Source: an uncultured virus (IMG/VR IMGVR_UViG_3300027902_000007) | Taxonomy: Duplodnaviria > Heunggongvirae > Uroviricota > Caudoviricetes | Reading direction: 5' to 3' (one strand) | Length of the DNA: 64,000 bases | IMG/VR virus record: IMGVR_UViG_3300027902_000007 | In this document: positions 59,488 to 64,000 of the stretch, piece after piece | Numbering within the stretch: the stretch's first letter is position 1 | How the letters are laid out: the number at the start of each line of letters is the position of its first letter | Position numbers and translations under genes: made by a program | Notes under the pieces: model-generated | Seen by the model: only the letters and a program-made list of their open reading frames with translations | Database searches by the model: none | Told to the model about the DNA's origin: nothing

Positions 59488-60234
59488 ATGAAACATCTTT
59501 CTACACTTCAGGCTGAATTTGTCAAAGAGGCAAGAAAATGGAGTGAGCGGACAATTGAAGAACAGAGAGAGTATCTGCACAAACACCCAAAATCAAAACG
59601 TACATTATCAGCCAAGCCCAGACAATTTGATTTTGACGACTGGGTTATAAATAGAAGTTTCATGAACCTGCAAACACAAGAGCGTGTCCCATTTGAAAAA
59701 CTGCCTAAAACTCAACAGGACGCAATCAAAAAACAGTTTGAATCAGAAAAGACTGAATATGAGACGACGCCAGCCGAACCGGTAGTAAAAGAAAAGAAAC
59801 ACAAACGTAGAAAATACATGGTCAATGGTGACAAAATCAGAGCCGAGAGTCCAAAAGATGCGCTTGTTAAATATTTAATGGTGCACGAACAATATACCGA
59901 AGACGGTGCCAAAAAAGAAATAGACCAACGGTGGGATGACCGAGATAAAATAATCTTAGACAGCAACCAAAACGAAACCGGTTGGACTCTTGGTAATTGG
60001 GAGGTCAAACAAATAGTCAAGCCGAAAAAACCGAAAAAGTTGACAGAGCGTAGAGTAAAGAGAATGGGTAGAAGAATTAGAAGAGATTTAAAGAGTGATA
60101 ATAAATATACTGACGAAGCGATATACGATGTTGCCAAAGACTTCTTAGACTCACATTCTGAATTAAAGGCATTTTTTAAATCACAAGGTGTCGAAGAAAA
60201 AAATATGGCAACAACGTTTGCCGATTATATATAA
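59488..60234 (+). CDS. Hypothetical protein carrying the leader plus both accessory modules
   Basis: Begins MKHLSTLQAEFVKEARKWSERTIEEQREYLHKHPKSKRTLSAK; AGGAG RBS. Confidence 0.75.
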   Translation: MKHLSTLQAEFVKEARKWSERTIEEQREYLHKHPKSKRTLSAKPRQFDFDDWVINRSFMNLQTQERVPFEKLPKTQQDAIKKQFESEKTEYETTPAEPVVKEKKHKRRKYMVNGDKIRAESPKDALVKYLMVHEQYTEDGAKKEIDQRWDDRDKIILDSNQNETGWTLGNWEVKQIVKPKKPKKLTERRVKRMGRRIRRDLKSDNKYTDEAIYDVAKDFLDSHSELKAFFKSQGVEEKNMATTFADYI

Positions 60235-60256
60235 ACATTAACTAAAAGGAGTCGTT

Positions 60257-60445
60257 ATGAGAAAATATGTTGCTTTAGCATTAATTGTGTCAATGGCATT
60301 TCTTGCAATCGCCACTTCTACTTGCTGCAAAAAGGCGCTTAAAACTAGCACCGCCAAAACAGCTGTTGTTGACACAACAAAGAAGGCTGCCGATACAGCC
60401 AAAGCAGTTCCGGCAACACCTGCAGTAAAACCGGCTACAAAATAA
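60257..60445 (+). CDS. Small exported/lipoprotein-like peptide
   Basis: MRK + hydrophobic core + TCC, then A/K/T/P-rich tail; AAGGAG RBS. Confidence 0.6.
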   Translation: MRKYVALALIVSMAFLAIATSTCCKKALKTSTAKTAVVDTTKKAADTAKAVPATPAVKPATK

Positions 60446-60457
60446 CAATTTACTTAC

Positions 60458-60499
60458 AAAAGAAAAGCTGATACGTGATAAGTATCAGCTTTTTCTTTT
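60458..60499. terminator. Bidirectional intrinsic terminator between convergent genes
   Basis: AAAAGCTGATAC/GTATCAGCTTTT stem flanked by A- and T-runs. Confidence 0.75.
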
Positions 60500-61823
60500 A
60501 TCTTAATCTCATTGACTTCTTTTTCTTACCATCAGAAAATGCGTTAACATCATCATCGTCTGCAATCTTTTTCTCTGACTTTTCGTCTGCCTCTTCTTCG
60601 TCAGCGTCCTCGTTGTACGCAGAATCAGGTATCTCTTCTCTCACGTCATCCTTTTTCTTAAAAATCTTCTTGTCGCTGATGAAACTATTTATCTTTTCCC
60701 TAATTTCAGGGTGTTCCTCAAGTATAGTATTGAACTTGCGCTTTGAGAAATCCTTAATGTCGGGAAAAGCTTTCTCGCCTGACGCTAAGAAGATGTTGTA
60801 CCTGACTTTACCTTTTTCATCTTCTGCAAGCTCTTTAACTACACCATTCATTAAAGCAACATCAAAAAGTTCCTGCTCATTATTGACGCCTGTGCCGTCA
60901 TGCATTAACGTGAAGCAGATAGCATCTTCAGGCATCGAACCGGCCTTATTCTTCTCAAATGTCACTTTGACGCCGTGCGAGAGTATATTGCCATTTTCAT
61001 CGCGTTCTTCCGATTTCCAAACTTTGGCAACCTTGAGAGCGACGGTGTCATAAAACGGTAAAGCATTTCCGCCTGTCCGATATTCAGGATTACCAAAGTG
61101 CTTATTCGGATTCTTGCGAAGTTGATTTATAAAGAACAATATTGTCTGTGAGTCAACATCCGATCTCGCCATTGCTGACGTCACCTTCTTGAGGCCTAAT
61201 CCAATTGCAGATGCCTGTGATCCACGCACCCTTGAATCGCCCATATTTTTAGTGGCATCAACTATTGACACTAACTGCGTGACGCTGTCAATTCCAATAA
61301 TGGCATACTTACCCGGATTAATGACACGAGTGACTTCACCTGTCTTCTTATCTGCCTCATGCTCACCAAGTATAAGAGCGTGCATCATGTCAAAGGCCTC
61401 TTCTGCAGTTGAGCACTGTAAGACGATGAGTTTAGACGTGTCAACACCAACCGCCCGTGCCCATTCGGCCTGGAATTGGAATTGCCTCTCTGCATCAATT
61501 AGCACACAAGGCTTATCAGGAAACCGCCTCTGAGCTTCGGCGATCGCCAAATATAACATTAGCGTCTTACCGGCACCCTCCCAACCAAAGACTTCAATTA
61601 TAGAACCGAGTGGGTAGCCTTTTACATTTCCTATCGCATTATCTAAAAGAATCGACCCCGTAGATATTGCTGATGGCAACTTATCATACCGTTTACCTGA
61701 GGGCAATATCTCACGACCAAACCGTTTCTTAATGATAGCAGCTGCGGTCGTTACAATTGTGCCTTTTTCTTTCTTACCTTTTTCCTCACCATTCTCATCA
61801 ATGTCATCATCGTGACCGGCCAT
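60498..61823 (-). CDS. recA: RecA/UvsX recombinase
   Basis: ISTGSILLD, EVFGWEGAGKT, IDAE, IDSV, FINQLR, TGGNALPFY, KNK. Confidence 0.93.
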   Translation of the reverse strand: MAGHDDDIDENGEEKGKKEKGTIVTTAAAIIKKRFGREILPSGKRYDKLPSAISTGSILLDNAIGNVKGYPLGSIIEVFGWEGAGKTLMLYLAIAEAQRRFPDKPCVLIDAERQFQFQAEWARAVGVDTSKLIVLQCSTAEEAFDMMHALILGEHEADKKTGEVTRVINPGKYAIIGIDSVTQLVSIVDATKNMGDSRVRGSQASAIGLGLKKVTSAMARSDVDSQTILFFINQLRKNPNKHFGNPEYRTGGNALPFYDTVALKVAKVWKSEERDENGNILSHGVKVTFEKNKAGSMPEDAICFTLMHDGTGVNNEQELFDVALMNGVVKELAEDEKGKVRYNIFLASGEKAFPDIKDFSKRKFNTILEEHPEIREKINSFISDKKIFKKKDDVREEIPDSAYNEDADEEEADEKSEKKIADDDDVNAFSDGKKKKSMRLR

Positions 61824-61838
61824 ATTTATTTCCTTTCA

Positions 61839-63140
61839 TTAAAACGGTAATTTTCTTCCAGTTGACGTCGTCGTTCCCGTACCAGTCTTACCGGTCTTGC
61901 CCGCAGGCTTTTCAGATTTTTTTACAGCTTCTTGTTCCTTCTTCTTCAGAAGCTGCTCAATTTCTACGCCTGACATGTCGTCAATGTCAACTTCTAATTC
62001 AGCTGCTTTAATTTTAAATGTTTTCTTTAAATTTTTACATCCTTCTACAATAGAACATTCCTTGCAGCCCATGTCCTCAGGATCGTAAGTGCCGCGACAA
62101 TCCATTTCTTCTAATTTGGCATCCTCAGAATCTTCTGTTGATTCTTCACTTTCGACTTCTTCACTTGCAGCTTGTTTTGAAAAGGCAGTAGTTTCTTTTT
62201 CACTCTCTTTTTGACTGACTTTCTTTTCTTGTTGCTGTTCTTCCTTGTCGTCATCATCAGCTACATCAGGAGTCTCTTCATCATCAGCCGGTGGTGTTAT
62301 GTCTTTGTCTTCGTCGTCAGCGCCTACAACAGCCGCAACGGCTGCTTTTTTGTCAACAACTGGTTCATCTTTCGCTGTGCCATCAACATCCATTAAGCTA
62401 GCTCTAACTTTTTTCAGATCAATCGTATCTAACGGTGACTTCGCACTTTCAAGTATGTCAAGTATGTCTTTAGGTGTGGAGAAACTCCTGTGCTTTTTGA
62501 GGTCGTAGCATTTATCTATTGCAGCAACTTCTTCCGCTGTGAGAGCCTTACGATCCGGATCAGGCAAAATTGTATACTCTCTTTTAATGCCCTCACCGTC
62601 GACTGTCACCGTAAGATCATAGCCTCTGTCTCCTGCAGCTGATGGGTTACCCCACTTTTCACTATTTCCAAGCTCAATGACAGGTTTCCAAATTGTCGGC
62701 CCGGAAACCATCCTTTTAACTTTAATCGTCTTGTCCTCTTTACGATAATCGCCACGATCGATGATATTCATATCATACGTTTTCTTGCCACGCAGTTTTG
62801 AGATTTGTTTCAGAAGCTTCTTGACCTGCGGTGCCTCATCAGTCATGTCCTCTTCCTCTTTCAGTCTGTAAACCTCTGACCAGAGAGTGCCGACAAATCT
62901 GCAGACCGGACACTTAGTGTCGACTGCATGAATGATCGGCCGATCTTTTTTACTCGTAGTGACGGGAATCCAATGCACGATGTATTTAATGAACGGCATT
63001 TCACCTTTGTTCTTTGCAGGCATGATGCGGATTGAGTGGTCACCTGTCTTCCAAGCCATATTCTCTACATCAGACTTACCTCTACGAGACGCATTTTCCT
63101 CGTATTCTTTTGCCCAAGGATTGTCCTCATGGGGTGCCAT
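61839..63140 (-). CDS. Phage gp32-like single-stranded DNA-binding protein with long acidic tail
   Basis: SIRIMP..HW...CPVC...GYDLTVT...EYTI core; adjacent to recA. Confidence 0.7.
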   Translation of the reverse strand: MAPHEDNPWAKEYEENASRRGKSDVENMAWKTGDHSIRIMPAKNKGEMPFIKYIVHWIPVTTSKKDRPIIHAVDTKCPVCRFVGTLWSEVYRLKEEEDMTDEAPQVKKLLKQISKLRGKKTYDMNIIDRGDYRKEDKTIKVKRMVSGPTIWKPVIELGNSEKWGNPSAAGDRGYDLTVTVDGEGIKREYTILPDPDRKALTAEEVAAIDKCYDLKKHRSFSTPKDILDILESAKSPLDTIDLKKVRASLMDVDGTAKDEPVVDKKAAVAAVVGADDEDKDITPPADDEETPDVADDDDKEEQQQEKKVSQKESEKETTAFSKQAASEEVESEESTEDSEDAKLEEMDCRGTYDPEDMGCKECSIVEGCKNLKKTFKIKAAELEVDIDDMSGVEIEQLLKKKEQEAVKKSEKPAGKTGKTGTGTTTSTGRKLPF

Positions 63141-63177
63141 AACTAATGCCTCCTGTTGATTGTTTGTTTAATCATAT

Positions 63178-63360
63178 TTATTCTTTAACTTCAGCTGTAA
63201 GCTCTAGATCGGGTTTGGCAAACTTTATAACAGCAGTGGCAGTGGGACTATCAATATCTACATGAATATCAACCGATTGCACAAGTGCAATCTTTTCACC
63301 TGATTCGGTCGTAACTTTCGTGCCGGCAGCGGTGCCGTCAGAAATGATTTTAATCTTCAT
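63178..63360 (-). CDS. Small hypothetical protein
   Basis: 60-aa ORF overlapping the stop of the upstream gene. Confidence 0.5.
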   Translation of the reverse strand: MKIKIISDGTAAGTKVTTESGEKIALVQSVDIHVDIDSPTATAVIKFAKPDLELTAEVKE

Positions 63361-63923
63361 TCGGTCTCCTTTTCTGTTTTATCTTCAAATGCTTGTTCAT
63401 CTTCGTCTAATTCAGCGTAGACAGTCTTGCTTTTAACATTTGCAGTTGGTTTTTCAAATTTCATCATGGACACGATGTTGACGAGCCGCTCACCTCGCTC
63501 TCCAAAACCTATGGCTATTGATCGTACATTCGCCGCGTCCTCTCGTTTTTTTAGATACTCGTGATATCGTCTTAAATACTCCGGATCTGTCATTACAGCT
63601 TCTTCAACCATTTTGTCAGTTGTGCGCTTACCAGTTGTCTCTGCTAACTCTAATCTATAGTGTTTGGACTGCTCCTTTACCCATATTTCAAATTGCATTT
63701 TTGCGTAATCTGCTTCATACGCGGCACGATTTGTCAGGACATTCCACCTAGCATGCAGTGCCGGATTTTCGGCCATCATGTTGCACGCCTTTTGAGGTGT
63801 TAAGACGTCAATGGACGGAATGTACAGTCTCTCATCGACGTCAACATCTAAAATCTTACCGTCAACTTTAAAACTAACTTTAAGTTCAAAGTTGTCTTTA
63901 GATTTTCCTTTTTTGCCGAACAT
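63357..63923 (-). CDS. Helical protein, possibly UvsY-like recombination mediator
   Basis: TDKMVEEAVMTDPEY within coiled coil; position upstream of SSB and recA. Confidence 0.45.
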   Translation of the reverse strand: MFGKKGKSKDNFELKVSFKVDGKILDVDVDERLYIPSIDVLTPQKACNMMAENPALHARWNVLTNRAAYEADYAKMQFEIWVKEQSKHYRLELAETTGKRTTDKMVEEAVMTDPEYLRRYHEYLKKREDAANVRSIAIGFGERGERLVNIVSMMKFEKPTANVKSKTVYAELDEDEQAFEDKTEKETE

Positions 63924-64000
63924 GTTTAAATTGTATGCCGAAAAGTCACAAAGTTTTACCTATTCTTTCTCAAACATGTCATCATATTTTGCAAGCCGTT

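Noticed and set aside
6404..59616. Leader motif as a DNA-level mobile repeat or Sec signal peptide
   Set aside because: Codons differ at synonymous sites, no flanking repeats are visible, and the peptide is charged without a hydrophobic core
54892..61823. Inteins or introns in RNR or RecA
   Set aside because: Both frames are continuous with no intein splice motifs or homing-endonuclease inserts seen
32327..62508. Long antisense ORFs (e.g. 32327-32836, 41532-42044, 59712-60137, 60475-61053)
   Set aside because: Shadow frames of well-supported genes, with S/F/L-rich composition and no RBS
1..64000. CRISPR array, rRNA, transposase or integrase
   Set aside because: No regularly spaced direct repeats, rRNA-like sequence or recognisable recombinase/transposase seen; the Tyr-containing enzyme at 31396 fits topo IB
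1..64000. Stop-codon recoding (alternative genetic code)
   Set aside because: Known enzymes are full-length in the standard code and TAA, TAG and TGA all end genes at sensible positions

Overview
This 64 kb window is gene-dense, AT-rich and mostly minus-strand coded in the standard genetic code. It reads as part of a large (jumbo-type) tailed bacteriophage genome, with no rRNA or cellular housekeeping operons. The right half carries a phage replication, recombination and nucleotide module: gp32-like SSB, RecA, RuvC-like resolvase, class II RNR, dUTPase, dCTP deaminase, SbcC/SbcD, DNA ligase and GroES. The left and middle carry many host-like auxiliary genes: carbonic anhydrase, ACP, M17 aminopeptidase, tRNA-Gly, an RRM protein, a bL12 domain, PARP, YhaM, RNase Y, topoisomerase IB, a CCA-adding enzyme, SpoVG and an Hc1-like protein. 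The main finding is a shared ~15-aa N-terminal leader, M-(K/R)-(H/Y)-x3-(I/L)-Q-x-E-F-x-(K/R)-x-A, on nine otherwise unrelated proteins scattered over 53 kb on both strands. These include the aminopeptidase, topoisomerase IB, the CCA enzyme, a WGR protein and a DUF5662-like protein, and some also share one of two further modules. It looks like a modular capsid-targeting or processing tag for loading enzymes into the virion (inference). Other notable items are a 130-nt rod-shaped 6S-like RNA candidate, a second structured RNA, a degenerate capsid-protein paralogue, a WGR-PARP and a recurring TGATTA promoter-like box. All family calls come from motif recognition by eye; no searches were run.
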